Positions 49,641-62,466 are shown, numbered from the stretch's first letter. The stretch: DNA of 64,000 nucleotides from an uncultured Verrucomicrobiae bacterium (GCA_963702845.1 OY969763.1:1376001-1440000); one strand, 5' to 3'. Program-made: numbers and translations. Notes: generated by a model not told the origin, from the letters alone.

Positions 49641-50790
49641 ATGAAGATCAGTTTTGTCACAGAGTACAGATTCTAGCGACGTTCGAAATTGGTCGGGCAT
49701 ACCATATCATATGCAATTGGCGCTGAGCCGTTCTGGCGCTGATGTCGAATTGATCGGATCATTGCAGACGCCGAATTACTGGCCGTTACGGTTGAAGCAG
49801 ATTGCTACGCGCATTTTCGCTGGTAAGCGGTACATGCGAGAGATTTCACCGAGGGTTTTACAGTCGGACGCTTCGCAAATTGCGACACGGCTTGAGGGTA
49901 ATTCATCTAACCTGGTATTTAGTCCCGGTAGCCGAGCTGTTGCCCACCTTGATCGGAAGGAGCCAATCGTGTTTTGGACTGATGCAACGTTTGCCGCGAT
50001 GGTGGACTTCTACCCTTCATTTAGCAACCTTTCCCAGGAATCGATCCGAGACGGAAATGCGGCTGAGCAGGCAGCGCTCGACCGGTGCAAGTTGGCGATC
50101 TATTCGTCTGAATGGGCTGCTGAATCGGCGCGGCGGCATTACAGGGTCGAGGCATCTAAAGTCAAGGTGGTGCCCTTCGGTGCAAACGTTCACTGTGGTC
50201 GGACGGTGAAAGAAATTACCTCCATCGTAGAGTCGAGGCCGCGCGATTCGTGTAATTTGCTGTTCGTCGGAGTGGAGTGGCACCGCAAGGGCGGTGATGT
50301 AGCCGTTGCAATTGCCGAAGCGTTGAAGACGGGAGGTTTGCCAACGCAACTCACGCTGCTTGGCTGTGAACCGCCGAAATATATGCAATTGCCGGAATGC
50401 GTGCACGTGGCCGGTTTTATTTCGAAAACAACGATTGAAGGTCGTGCGGAAATTGAACGGTTGTTTCGATGGGCACATTTTTTAATCCTGCCTGCGAGGG
50501 CCGATTGCACGCCGATGGTTGTTGCTGAAGCTAATTCCTTTGGAACTCCTGCCGTTGCAACAAATGTTGGTGGCATATCCAGCATCATTAGGGACGAGGT
50601 CAACGGAAGGACGTTTGCGCTTGAGGACGATATCAGTGCCTATTGTCACTGGATTCGTGCAACGATTCAGAATCCAAACCGTTATATGAACATGGCTCTG
50701 TCCTCATTTAACGAGTACCTTACTCGTTTGAACTGGGATGTTGGGGTGAAACGGGTCATTCAGTTGCTGAATGAGGTAATTCAAAGGTGA
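49641..50790 (+). CDS. Glycosyltransferase family 4 (probable frameshift near 49668)
   Basis: ATG at 49641 (MKISFVTEY) joins DSSDVRNWSG; VVPFGAN, RKGG, ADCTPMVVAEANSFG. Confidence 0.85.
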
Positions 50791-50809
50791 TACCGAAATT
50801 TTGCTGGAA

Positions 50810-51553
50810 TCATTCGCGCAGGAAAATGGCGTCCGCTTGGAGGATGCGGCCGTCGGATGGGTGGCGAATCTGATCGAATACGCCTCGGAAAGCGAATCTT
50901 CGACTGCGAAGGTGATCGTAGATTTGTGGGAACAAGACCTGCCCTTCATAGAGCGGTTCAAATGATGTTTCGATGATAAGCGCTTTGGCGCGGCTGACGG
51001 TTTGTTGGCCACCGTCGAGGACTTTGCTTTCGTAACCCTGAACGTCAATTTTGATCAAGAGCGGATCGGAAAACTCCAATCGTTGAGTCACATCATCCAG
51101 CCGCTCCATTTGAACCTTGATTGTTTGTGTCTGCGCGGAATGCGGAAATGCTTTTCGGTGAAGGTCGGCCATTCGCAATAAGGATGATGAGTCGATTGCT
51201 GTTGATTGTTGAAACTCAACTTCTCCGCGTTTTTCGCCGATGGCGCAGTTAATCGCTTGGCAGTCGGTCAGCCCCGAGAGGGTTTGCTGCAATTGTACGA
51301 ATGAGGCTGGAATGGGCTCGAATGCAAATATTTTTATACCGGGCCACGCAACGTGTGCGGCACGGCTGAATTCGCCGACGGCGGCGCCGATATCAAGCAA
51401 TGTGGCGAACTTCGCGTCTCGCAGCCAGCCGAGGTTGATTTTTTCGAAGAGTTCCAGAGGCACGCCTTTTCTGCGGACACGAAGCAGCGATGGGTTTTCA
51501 ATTACTCGAGCCAGACTTCTCAGTTTGTAAACAAAAAAGGGAACGGCACTCAT
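50810..51553 (-). CDS. FkbM family methyltransferase
   Basis: LDIGAAVG, FAFEP, LIKIDVQGYE..VLDG, QADAIF. Confidence 0.88.
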   Translation of the reverse strand: MSAVPFFVYKLRSLARVIENPSLLRVRRKGVPLELFEKINLGWLRDAKFATLLDIGAAVGEFSRAAHVAWPGIKIFAFEPIPASFVQLQQTLSGLTDCQAINCAIGEKRGEVEFQQSTAIDSSSLLRMADLHRKAFPHSAQTQTIKVQMERLDDVTQRLEFSDPLLIKIDVQGYESKVLDGGQQTVSRAKALIIETSFEPLYEGQVLFPQIYDHLRSRRFAFRGVFDQIRHPSDGRILQADAIFLRE

Positions 51554-53067
51554 GATCGTGCTGGATTGATTTTTAGGTTCGCCCACTTTGCCAGGGGCAC
51601 CATTGGAAATTGTTGAAGCGTCCACCAGCAAAGTGCAACGCTGGAAATTACTAGCAAACTGTAAGTGATGGCATCTTTCTGCGGAAGAAGAATCGCTGCT
51701 GCTACGGTCGCAATAATCCAGAGTATAGGAAATCTCAACCATCGAGCGACCGACCGAGAATTGATTTCGAGACGTTTAAGAGCCAGCCACGTCAGTAAGA
51801 GCGTTGTGACGAAACCTATGTTGCCGACGACCGCGCCAAGAAGGCCCCAATGGGTTCCGCCCAATCCAATCAGCAACAGCGACAGTGCGCCGCCTAACAG
51901 CTGAATTACCGTATGTGGGGTGAGTTCACCGATGGCGGGCAGGATGAAGTAACCAAGGGCGTTTAATGAGTAGATTGCGTAAATCAACGATGCGTACCGC
52001 AGTGCCTGAACAGTCATTGCATCTACAGCGCCGTGAAAGAGACCACGTGCGATTATCGGCGCAAGGACGACGATGCTCGCCGCGATTCCGAATGAGAGGG
52101 CGGCGTTGAATTGCAAGGCGTGTCGGATTTCGTCGCGTGCTCCAGGCGGACGCTTATTATGGGTCCACAAGTGTGTGACTCGTCCGAGCAGAGGTTGGAC
52201 GGGCAACGCCGAGACGGCATTGATTTGCGTGGTAATGGTGGTGATGGCGGCGTAAACACCTAGTGTACGGATATCCAAGAATGCGCCAACGATCAGCCGA
52301 TCACATTGCGTAAACAATACGCCGCCGACGTTCGAGATCGTATTTAGGAGGCCGAAACGAAACATCTGGCCGGTCTTGCTGGTGTTCCAGTGTAAACACA
52401 TGTGTTCCTGACGTAGTAAACGAAACACCGCAACGCCGTGTGCGAACAGGGCCGCTATCGCGACTACAGTCTGCACGATCATAAATCCAAATGTTCCTCC
52501 TCCATAAGCGGCGACAATCACCATGGCAATGCCCAACATTACGGATTGGAGAGTTAAAACAGCGTTGAGCACGCCAAAACGCTGAAACGCCTGTTGCAGG
52601 CCTATCAAGGCTTGTTGTGGTAGGCGCGCCAAAACAAGAACACTTCCGACGCGGAGCGCCTTTGCAACGAGTTTGCAGTCGGTAGTCGGAATTTTAGGAA
52701 AAAGATTGACGATCGCGTCGGCACCGAACATCAAACTGACGGCGACAGCCGCGCCGAGGAACAGACTTGCCGTTATTGATATCGTGAGAGTTTCAGAAAA
52801 GGCCCGGTGATTATTCTCAGCGAGATCGCGTGCTGCGAAAACGGTTACCGCTGACGACAGGCCAATCTCAGTGACTGCGGAAACTCCGACGATTGCAAAT
52901 GTAAGGCTCCAGATCCCGTATTCAGTGGTGCCGATTATCCGGATAAGAAACGGCACTAACGCCAGCGCGACCGCCAGTCGCACGATTCCACCTACACTAT
53001 TATAAATGCCATTTTTCAAAACGAAGAGATTCGTCTCTTTGACGATGCGGTTTCCAACACAGCGCAC
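51550..53067 (-). CDS. Polysaccharide flippase (Wzx-like)
   Basis: Many TM helices; PFLIRIIG..EYGIW, DRLIVGAFL..LGVY; start codon uncertain. Confidence 0.82.
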   Translation of the reverse strand: MRCVGNRIVKETNLFVLKNGIYNSVGGIVRLAVALALVPFLIRIIGTTEYGIWSLTFAIVGVSAVTEIGLSSAVTVFAARDLAENNHRAFSETLTISITASLFLGAAVAVSLMFGADAIVNLFPKIPTTDCKLVAKALRVGSVLVLARLPQQALIGLQQAFQRFGVLNAVLTLQSVMLGIAMVIVAAYGGGTFGFMIVQTVVAIAALFAHGVAVFRLLRQEHMCLHWNTSKTGQMFRFGLLNTISNVGGVLFTQCDRLIVGAFLDIRTLGVYAAITTITTQINAVSALPVQPLLGRVTHLWTHNKRPPGARDEIRHALQFNAALSFGIAASIVVLAPIIARGLFHGAVDAMTVQALRYASLIYAIYSLNALGYFILPAIGELTPHTVIQLLGGALSLLLIGLGGTHWGLLGAVVGNIGFVTTLLLTWLALKRLEINSRSVARWLRFPILWIIATVAAAILLPQKDAITYSLLVISSVALCWWTLQQFPMVPLAKWANLKINPARS

Positions 53068-53203
53068 CGACCCTAACTATGAGACGAATTCTTGGCGGCT
53101 TAAACAATTAAAAAAACACTTGTTGCGGTGTGAGAACCATAAAGCGTACGGGTATGCCGCTCTTCGAGAAAAATCTGCTGAAGAAAGTAGCTGTCGATCA
53201 ACG

Positions 53204-53455
53204 CTATGCAGCCCCCGCAGCAGCTTCGCCGTTGTCGCCGATGGCTTCGACTGGGCAGCCTTCTTTGGCTTCTTTGCACTGGTTCTCTTCGTCAGGGGTG
53301 GCCGGCTGTTTGTAGACGTAAGAGTATCCGCCGTCATCGCTGCGGGTGAAGTTGGCCGGTGCGGTTTCGCGGCACAGGTCGCAATCGATGCATTGATTGT
53401 CGACGTAGTATTTTCCGGGAACGTTATCGGGGTATTTGTTCGCGATATCAGCCAT
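53204..53455 (-). CDS. Ferredoxin
   Basis: CIDCDLC...CPVEAIG. Confidence 0.9.
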   Translation of the reverse strand: MADIANKYPDNVPGKYYVDNQCIDCDLCRETAPANFTRSDDGGYSYVYKQPATPDEENQCKEAKEGCPVEAIGDNGEAAAGAA

Positions 53456-53546
53456 AAAAATTCAGGCGCAATATAGGTGCGCTGTTAAGGTCATAGCAAG
53501 CGGAAGTTTCAGGAACGTTGTTTAAGGTCAAATTCGTTGCCGCAAC

Positions 53547-55022
53547 TCAGCGGTTGGCGGTGCATTGATCTCGGCGTAGAAAGCTGTGCGACGGCCCGAT
53601 CGGCACTCTTGAGAACGTCGTTTGGATACACTCCAAGGTAAAGCATTGCCACGACGCAAATCGACCAGGCAGACTTTCATCGGGATGGAAACGGATATCG
53701 GCGTAAAGATCAGCCGGATCTTTCGCCCAGTAAATCGCGCGGATTACGCCGAAGTAGTAATAGAGCGAGATGACAACGCCAATGATCGGCGATCGTGGCG
53801 AGCCAATAGTAAGAAGTGTATATGGCGCCTTGTTCGATAATTGATTTGAGCAGTAGAAATTTGCCGAAGAAGCCAGCAAGTGGGGGAATGCCAGCCAGGG
53901 AGACCATCGCCAGCGCAAGGCTGGCGGCTAAGAGCGGCGAACGGTGATTGAGTCCGGCGAGTTCGGAAATGTCTTCGGTTTCGCGCGCGACGAGTAGTAT
54001 GACGATGAACGCAGCGGCAAGGGTGAACAGGTAACCAAGGAGGTAATAGAGAATCGCGCTGGATCCGGACTGGTTTAGTGCAGCGATGCCGAGTAGCAGG
54101 TATCCCGCATTGGCGATGCTGGAGTAGCCGAGCAAACGCTTCAAATTGCGCTGCGGAATGGCGCACAAATTTCCGTAAAGAATCGTGATGGCCGCAATGG
54201 TCATCAGCAAGGCATTCCAGTGTGTGGCGATGGGGTGGACAACTTCGAAGATAACGCGAACGAGAACCACGAAACCCGCGGCTTTCGAACCGATAGCAAG
54301 GAACGCGGTCGCAGGGGTCGGTGCGCCTTGGTAAACGTCCGGAGCCCAGATTTGGACGGGAAAGGCAGCGATTTTGAAACCGAGCCCGACCAGAACCAGC
54401 AATACGCCAAGCCAAATCACGTTGTTGGTCGAAAAGTCGCTGTTCGTCAGGATCTGCAGATTTGCGAAATTCGTCGTGTTGGCTGAGCCAAAAATCAGAG
54501 CAATGCCGAACACCAGGAAACCGGTCGAAACAGCGCCGATGATTAAATATTTCACACCGGCTTCAAGGGAGCCGAGGCGATAGCGTTGGAAGCTCACGAG
54601 AATGTAGAAGCTGACGGTGATGAGTTCGAGCGAGACGAACACCATGATGAAATCGTGTGCGGATGCAGCGAACATCATTCCGGTGAGTGCGAAAAGGATT
54701 AGCGTGTAGAATTCCGCGATACCGGCGCGGATACGGTCGGCGAACTCAACGGACATCAAGAGCACGAAAATCGCGGTGGTCAGGAAAAAGCGTTTGAAGA
54801 ACAAGCGCCAGTCCGTCGTGCACATACATTCCACCGAATGCGATGTAATCACCGCCGTCGATACTTGGGACAGAAGGTGTAGGCCAGAATCGCGAGCACG
54901 CCCAAAGCCGCTAAATAGCCGAGCTTCGGCTTGAGCGAAACCGGCGTCCACAAATCGACGAGAATGATCCCCAGTGCGAGGACGATGACGGCAAGTTCCA
55001 GGCTGATAGTGGAAAGGTTCAT
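53547..55022 (-). CDS. nuoN: NADH-quinone oxidoreductase subunit N (frameshifted, end approximate)
   Basis: EAGVKY, GFKIAAFP..WAPDVYQGAPTP, KRLLGYSSI, SLAGIPPLAGFFGK. Confidence 0.9.
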
Positions 55023-56521
55023 TTCTGGATTTGGGCGACCATCGTTTGGGACGGGAGCAAGTCGGGCAAAGATTTTTTGATGTTGTCGGTCAACAGGCGC
55101 GGGAAGCAGCCGAAGATAATCAAGCCCGCAAGCAGCAGGGCATAGGGCATTTTGCGCCAGAGGCTCTTCGCGTCTGAAACGTCAGTCCATTCGCGGTCGC
55201 CATGCCAAACATTGCGAATCGCGCGGAGCATATAAACGCCCGCAATGACGAGCGCGCCCCAAACTGCGAGGCCAGTGATGAGTTGAAATTTTGACCAACT
55301 GCCGAAGAGGACCAACGCTTCGCCGGGGAAACCAGCGAAACCCGGCAGGCCGCAGCCAGCGAGCATCGCCATGATCATTACGGCGCCGATGTAAGGCATC
55401 GCTCGGAGCAATCCGCCCATGTCCGCGATTTTCGTGCTGTTGATTTGGTTGGCAATGTAACCGCTAAGAGCAAACGTCAGTGCCGCGAGCAAGCCGTGCG
55501 CGACCATGATTAAGACGGTGCCGGTCACACCGATAACATTCAGGCTGGCGATTCCGAGGAAAGCAAAGCCCATGTGAGCGACGCTCGAGTTACCAATCAG
55601 CATATTCAAGTCGCGCTGACGCATTGCGACGAGGCCGCAATAGATAATGTTACCGAGGCAAAGCCACGAGAGCAGGGTCATCCAGTTTTGCGCTTCGCCC
55701 GGCATCATCGGCAGCGCGATACGGATGAGACCGTAGAGACCGAACTTCTTTAGCACACCGGCATGAATCATTGCTGTCGCCGGTGGTGCTGATGCATAGC
55801 CGAGCGGAGCCCAGGTGTGGAATGGCCAGAGCGAAACCAAAATTCCGAAACCGAACAGCAACAGTGGGAAGATGAGATGTTGAGCGTTGCTCGCGATTGA
55901 GTTTGCTTTGAAGTAACGCGTCATTTCGATGATGTCGAACGTGCGCACCCCGACCGGCATTTGGAGATACAACGCGATCAAGCCGATCAGCAGCAAGAGC
56001 GCGCCAAGGCTGAGATAGAGCGTGATTTGGAATGTCGCGTAGTTCTTGTTTTCGCCACGACCCCATACGCCAATCATGATGAAGGTCGGCACGAGCGCGA
56101 GTTCGTGCAGGAAATAGAGGAAGAACATGTCGAGTGACGCGAACGCACCGAGGATGCCGCCGGACATCACTAGTAGCAGAATATAAAATTCTTTCTCACG
56201 CGTTTTGATGTGGTTCGAAATGCAAACTGCGGCAAACGACACAATCGCTCCCATCAGAATCAAACCGAGATTGATGCCATCGACACCGACGTGATAGCTG
56301 ATGCCAAGTGACTCAACCCACGGGATTTTCTGAACGTATCGAAATCCATTTTCAACCGGAGCACTGTTGAAGTGCACGAACACACAAATGGCACCGGACA
56401 TCGCAAGGAACGAACCAAGCAGTGCCAAGCCGCGAATGACGACTTTGTAGCTGCGCGGGATCAGCACAATCACCAGCGCGGTGACTAGCGGTAAACCAAA
56501 GATGTAGGTAAGGGGTGACAT
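55019..56521 (-). CDS. nuoM: NADH-quinone oxidoreductase subunit M
   Basis: GVDGI, PFHTWAP, HAGVLKKFGLYG, SSVAHMG. Confidence 0.93.
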   Translation of the reverse strand: MSPLTYIFGLPLVTALVIVLIPRSYKVVIRGLALLGSFLAMSGAICVFVHFNSAPVENGFRYVQKIPWVESLGISYHVGVDGINLGLILMGAIVSFAAVCISNHIKTREKEFYILLLVMSGGILGAFASLDMFFLYFLHELALVPTFIMIGVWGRGENKNYATFQITLYLSLGALLLLIGLIALYLQMPVGVRTFDIIEMTRYFKANSIASNAQHLIFPLLLFGFGILVSLWPFHTWAPLGYASAPPATAMIHAGVLKKFGLYGLIRIALPMMPGEAQNWMTLLSWLCLGNIIYCGLVAMRQRDLNMLIGNSSVAHMGFAFLGIASLNVIGVTGTVLIMVAHGLLAALTFALSGYIANQINSTKIADMGGLLRAMPYIGAVMIMAMLAGCGLPGFAGFPGEALVLFGSWSKFQLITGLAVWGALVIAGVYMLRAIRNVWHGDREWTDVSDAKSLWRKMPYALLLAGLIIFGCFPRLLTDNIKKSLPDLLPSQTMVAQIQK

Positions 56522-56524
56522 GGT

Positions 56525-58383
56525 TTAGTGCACGAAAACAAAGAACAGGACAACGGCCACACCGAGCGCGAGCAGGAACGCGTAGTTCTGCAGATTGCCG
56601 GTTTGCACCAGTCGCAACGCGCGGCCGAAAAATTCCGTCGTGCCGTGAGTCCCGCGAACCACAAAACCGGCGATGACCCAGCGGTCAAATGCGTCCGCAA
56701 ACCGCGCGAGCAGGTCCTGGGTGTATTTGATGATCTCAGCGTAAAGTTCGTCGAAGTAAAATTTATCGCGCATCCAGCGGGCAGGGGCGCCCAATATCGC
56801 CGGCAGTGGGTCGGATTTCGCTCGGGCATAGAGGCTCATTGCGATGAAGAACCCGACTGCGAGTGCAAGCAATCCAGCCAATCGCACCAACCGGAGCGTG
56901 AATGAACGGAGCGAGCGGCGCAAAGATCGGTTCGGCTTCGACGCTCGGGTTCAATTGCGAACCGACAAATTGTGCGATGCCAAAGAAACCACCAGCGACT
57001 GAGGCAATCGCCAGAATCCGGAGCGGAATCGTCATCACTGGACGGCGACTCATGCGCGTGCTTCGGCAAATCGGATTTCGCGTTGCCGAGGAACACAACG
57101 AAGAACAACCGGAACATGTAAAAGGTCGTCAGGAACGCCACGAATACCGCAATCGCGAACAGAGCTTTGTTGTGGTCAAACGCCACACCGAGGATGCCGT
57201 CCTTACTGAAGAAACCGCTCAAAGGCCATAATCCGCACAAAGCCAAAGTGCCTGCGAGAAACGTCCAGAACGTTGTCGGAATTTTCTCTTTCAACGAACC
57301 CATCTTCCAAATGTCTTGTTCACCGCTGAGCGCATGAATCACTGATCCTGCGCCAAGGAACAGCAGCGCTTTGAAGAACGCGTGCGTGGAGAGATGGAAC
57401 ATCGCCGCGGTCGGGCCGGTCAGACCGACGGCCATGACCATGTAACCGAGTTGCGACAACGTGGAATAAGCGAGGATGCGTTTGATGTCGTTCTGTTGAA
57501 CGGCCATCAATGCAGCCATTAACGCGGTGATTCCGCCTATCCAGGAAATGACTTGGAGCGCGGAAGCATCGAAGATGTAAAACACGCGGCAGAGCATGTA
57601 AACACCGGCCGCGACCATCGTCGCGGCATGGATGAGTGCGCTGACCGGAGTGGGGCCTTCCATCGCGTCGGGCAACCACACGTGCAGCGGAAATTGAGCA
57701 GATTTACCAACCGCACCACAGAAGATGAGCAAACCGACTGCCGTCGCGCTCGTGCCGAATAGCGCCGGGTTCGCGGCGATGGCTTCTTTGATTGCGGCAA
57801 AATTCAGTGTGTGCGCGATCACCCAAACCAAAATGATTCCTGTGAAAAATCCGAAATCGCCCACGCGGTTCGTGAGAAAAGCTTTCTTCGCTGCATCGGC
57901 AGCGGAAGGTTTTTGATACCAGAAACCGATGAGCAGATAGCTCGAAACACCGACGAGTTCCCAGAAGATGAACATCTGAAACAGATTGTTGCTAAGAACA
58001 ATGCCGGTCATGGAGAAGGTGAACAGGCTCAGGCAGGCGAAAAACCGGCTGTAGCTGCGGTCGCCATGCATGTAGCCGATCGAATAAATGTGAATCAGGC
58101 TGCCAACCCCAGTGACGATCAAAAGCATCATCAAGCTGAGCTGATCGAAACGCAGGCCGAATGAAATGTTCAGATTGGCCACCGTCAGCCAGGGCACGCT
58201 GAGTTCGTGCACAACGTGATCGCCGAGTTGAAAGCCGGCGAGTTTCGCGACGGTCAGAAGGAAGCAGGTCACAATCGACAGCACCGAAATTCCGGCGCTC
58301 AAGCCCTGCCAGCGTTGCGTGAACAACGTGATGACCATTGCTGCAAAGAGCGGCAGAAATAAAATTAACCAGGCATCGTTCAT
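56525..58383 (-). CDS. nuoL: NADH-quinone oxidoreductase subunit L (frameshifted)
   Basis: KAFLTNRVGD, GKSAQFPLHVWLPDAMEGPTPVSALIHAATMV; C-terminal QTGNLQNY in another frame. Confidence 0.93.
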
Positions 58384-58385
58384 GG

Positions 58386-58694
58386 TTAGTTGCGCATCGT
58401 GGCAAGATCTTCAACGTGCGTCGTCTGGCGCTTGCGGTAGAGCGCGACAATCAGCGCCAAACCGACAGCGACTTCGCTTGCAGCGACGGTAATAATGAAA
58501 AACACGATGAGTTGACCGTTGAGGTTGTTGTTAAATCGAGAGAACGCGACGAGCGCGAGGTTGGCCGCGTTGAGCATCAGCTCGAGCGACAAATAAATGA
58601 CCAACACATTGCGCCGAATGATAACGCCGAGCAGGCCGATGCAGAAGAGCAGGGCGCTGACGACGAGATAATGTTCGAGACCGATGCCACTCAT
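58386..58694 (-). CDS. nuoK: NADH-quinone oxidoreductase subunit K
   Basis: LSLELMLNAANL, VAASEVAVGLAL. Confidence 0.93.
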   Translation of the reverse strand: MSGIGLEHYLVVSALLFCIGLLGVIIRRNVLVIYLSLELMLNAANLALVAFSRFNNNLNGQLIVFFIITVAASEVAVGLALIVALYRKRQTTHVEDLATMRN

Positions 58695-59199
58695 TTCAAA
58701 TCCTTCTTGCTCAAGCAAAATTGTGCCAATCATCGCTACAAGGAGAATCAGTGAAACAATTTCAAATGGCAGCACGTAGTTTTGGAACAACTTCGTTCCC
58801 AATGCTGCCGTGCTCTCCATTTTCGGATCGTTCATCGGAACAGTCGCATGCACAAACGGTCCATCCCACAGACGGCCGATAATCACAGATGCAATACCCG
58901 CAACGGCAACTAAACCAAGCCCGGCACTGAACAGCGGAATCTTGCGCCGTTGTTCTTCTTTCAAATCAAGCAGCATGATGACGAACAGGAAGAGCACCAT
59001 GACTGCGCCGGCGTAAACGAGCACCTGGACGGCTGCGAGGAAGAAACGCGTGGAGAAGCACAAACAATCCCGCCATCGAAATTATCGTCAGCACGAGAAA
59101 CATCGCACTCGTCACGGGGTTGTTGCTGAACGGATTGACGATTACAAGCAATCCGCAAATGAGCGTCAGCGCAGCGAATAGATAGAACAGGGCGTCCAT
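58691..59199 (-). CDS. nuoJ: NADH-quinone oxidoreductase subunit J (frameshifted)
   Basis: NPVTSAMFL, QVLVYAGAVMVLFLFVIMLL, PFEIVSLILLVAMIG. Confidence 0.9.
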
Positions 59200-59700
59200 T
59201 ATTTATTCTTCCACTTCCAAATTTTGTCCTGGTGCACCCCGCCAAGCGCGAGGAGCTTTTCTTTGTCGTAAATCATTTCCTGCCGGCTCTGCCCGGTCAG
59301 CGAATAATCGCGCATCAGGAAAATCGCTTCTTCAGGACAAACTTCCTGGCAAAAGCCGCAGAAAATGCAGCGCAGCATGTCGATCTTGAATTCCTTCGGA
59401 GCTTTTTCGACATTGCCGACTTCTGGCGTGCCTTCGGGCCCGGGCGGCGTGATGCGAATGGCTTTTGGTGGACAAACAAATTCGCAAAGCTGGCACGAAA
59501 CGCATTTGGTGCGGCCATCCGGATCTTTCACGAGATAGGGCGCGCCGCGATAATTTTCGGGCACGGTCCACTTCTCTTCCGGATATTGCATCGTCACTTT
59601 CTTTTTGAAAGAAGTGGCGAACCGTCACCTTCAGGCCGTCGATGACCGCCGGCAGATAAAGCCGTTCTGCTAAAGTTAATTTTGCACGTTTTACAATCAT
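59199..59700 (-). CDS. nuoI: NADH-quinone oxidoreductase subunit I (frameshifted)
   Basis: [29 protein letters not shown]. Confidence 0.92.
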
Positions 59701-60738
59701 GCGATCGCCCACAGCACGAGGGCTGTGACCAAAATGTTCAGGAGTGACAGCGGGATGAATCGGCGCCAGCCAAGGTCCATCAATTGGTCATAACGAAACC
59801 GCGGCCACATCCAGCGCACCCAAATGAAAATGCCCATCAAAACCAGAATCTTGGCAATGAAAATTACGATTTGCGCGATGCCCATGCCGATGGACTGCGC
59901 GGGTTGATCGAGACCCGCGAACGGCAAGCGTCCATCCGCCGAGAAACAGCGTCACCATCATCGCCGACGCGGCAATCATGTTGGCGTATTCCGCCATGAA
60001 GAAGAGTGCGAACTTCATCGAACTGTATTCGGTGTGATAACCGCCGACTAGTTCCTGTTCGGATTCGGGCAAATCAAACGGCAGACGATTGGTTTCCGCA
60101 AACGCCGCGATCATGAAGATGATGAATGCGAGCGGTTGTTTGAAAACGAGCCAGCAGTGAGTTTGATAGCCAATCACATCGCTCAGGTTCAACGAGCCAA
60201 CCAGCATGAACAGCGGCACCACCGACATTCCCATCGCGATTTCATAAGAAATCATCTGCGCACTCGAACGAATGCCGCCGAGAAACGAATATTTGTTATT
60301 AGAGGCATAACCCGCGAGCACGATTCCGTAAACACCGAGCGAAACGATCCCGAAGGTATAGAGGATGCCGACATTGAGGTCAGCGATCACCATCTTCTGT
60401 GCGCCGATATTGGATCCGAACGGAATAATAGCGATGGTCAACATTGCCGGAATCATCGCAATCATCGGCGCAAGCCAGAAGTATGCTTTGCGAACGTGTT
60501 GCGGGGTGAAGTCTTCTTTCAGAAACGATTTCACGCCGTCGACAATGGGTTGCCAAATACCAGCAGGACCAACGCGATTTGGACCATGACGATCCTGAAT
60601 CCACGCCGAAATTTTGCGCTCCGCCAAAGTCGAGTAAGCGATCATCGGCATGAGCACGGAGAGCACGCAGACGATTTTCAGAACACTGAACAGCGTCATC
60701 TGCGCGGTCGGCGGTAAACTGTTAAACCAGGCGATCAT
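59697..60738 (-). CDS. nuoH: NADH-quinone oxidoreductase subunit H (frameshifted)
   Basis: [42 protein letters not shown]. Confidence 0.93.
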
Positions 60739-62460
60739 ATTTCGACGGTCGCTCCATGGTCGCTTAATCCGCCCCACGTCAGATTCTTGAATGCCGGAAC
60801 TTCAGCGGCCATTTGGTTGAAAAGTCCTTCGATCGTGGCGAAACCGTTCTGGCCAGTCACATCGTGCACGAGTTCGTGCAAAAATTCCCATTCAGCGACG
60901 CGCGTTGCCCTTCGGCTGAATGTTCTGCATGAACCGTTGCACGCGGCCTTTGATATTCACGAAACTGCCGCGCTTTTCTGCATGCGCACAGCCGGGCAGG
61001 AGATAGTGCGCGAGTTCAGTCGTTTTGTTCGGCAGGATATCGCTGACAATGAGCGAATCCAATTTACCGAGGAGATCTGCACCAATGCCGTGCTTCGTCA
61101 CGTCTTCGCCGAAAACAATGAGGTGTTTGATTTTGCCGGCGCGGATGCCTTCAGCAATTTTCGGAATGTTCGAACCCATCTGCTTGGGAGAGATGCCGAT
61201 TAACTTCGAACCATTGCTGTTCGGATTGCGGTCCGCATTCAGCAACAGATGATCACCCTTATCCAAGCGCGCGACAGAATCGGTCAAGGCGTCATAACTT
61301 TTGGCGAGTTTCTTCAGCAGATAAAGCTCTTCATTTGTCTGGCGAGCCGAAGCGATAATCGCAACAGAACCTGCAGCGGCATTTTTCAGCACATCGGAAA
61401 CAGCGCGGATTGCCGTTGCCCACGCACCGTCCTGATATTGTAAATTTAATTTCGAACCGCCGACTTTGGTCAGGCGATCATCGCGATTGATCCACTTGTA
61501 ATTCAGCCGTCCGTAATCGCACATCCACGTCGAATTGACCGCATCGTTCTCGCGCGGTTCGTAGCGATACACTTTATTTTCGCGCGAACCGATGACGATA
61601 TTGCAGCCCGTGCCGCAACTGGTGCAGATACTCTTGCTCTCTTTCAGGAACCAGACGCGCATCTGGAAACGAAAATCCTTCGACGTCAGTGCGCCGACCG
61701 GACAGATGTCCACCGTATTCAGCGTGTAATTGTTATCAAAATTCTTTCCCGGGAATTTCGTCAGCGTGCTGTAACTGCCGCGTTCGACAAAACCGAGCGC
61801 ATCGTCCTTTGCAATGTCCTTCGAGAAACGAATGCAGCGCGAGCAAAGAATACAACGCTCATCATCCAGCATGACGCGGGGACCGAGATTGACTTGCTTC
61901 GGTTTGTGAACCTTTTCTTCCGTGAAGCGGCTCGTTGAATTTCCGTAATCCACCGAATACTCCTGCAGCTTACATTCACCGGCTTGGTCGCAAATCGGAC
62001 AATCAAGCGGATGATTAATCAGCAAATATTCCAGAACGCCTTCGCGCATCTGTTTCGTCGCAGGCGAACTTGGATAAAGTTCCATTCCCGGCGAAATTGG
62101 ACTCGCACACGCAATCGCGCCGCGTGCAGACGTCGGTTCGTAGGGGAGAACGGATCGCGCAATCTTCGGCGTCCCATCCGGATTCATGACCGGCTTTTTG
62201 TCTGGCCCCATCACGGCATGACCAAATTCCACCAGGCACATCCGGCAATTACCCGCGATCGGCAGCTTCGGATGATAACAATAATGCGGAACCTCCACGC
62301 CGGCCTGCGCGCACGCTTGCAGCATGGTCGTCGGCTGAAGTTTGCCCTGCCAATCGGGCATCATCTTCGGCACTTCAATTTCCTTGCCGTCCACCTTCAC
62401 CTTGATCTTTTCGACCGGTGGCGGCGCAGGTTTTTGTTCAGTTGAAATTCCGTTCGACAT
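60735..62460 (-). CDS. nuoG: NADH-quinone oxidoreductase subunit G, short form (frameshift near 3' end)
   Basis: PHYCYH..AGNCRMCLVE, NHPLDCPICDQAGECKLQ, CILCSRCIRF, DICPVGAL. Confidence 0.92.
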
Positions 62461-62466
62461 GGCAAA

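Noticed and set aside
58386..59063. Apparent NuoJ-NuoK fusion ORF
   Set aside because: Produced by a frameshift near the nuoJ end; the normal stop/start overlap is present at 58691-58694.
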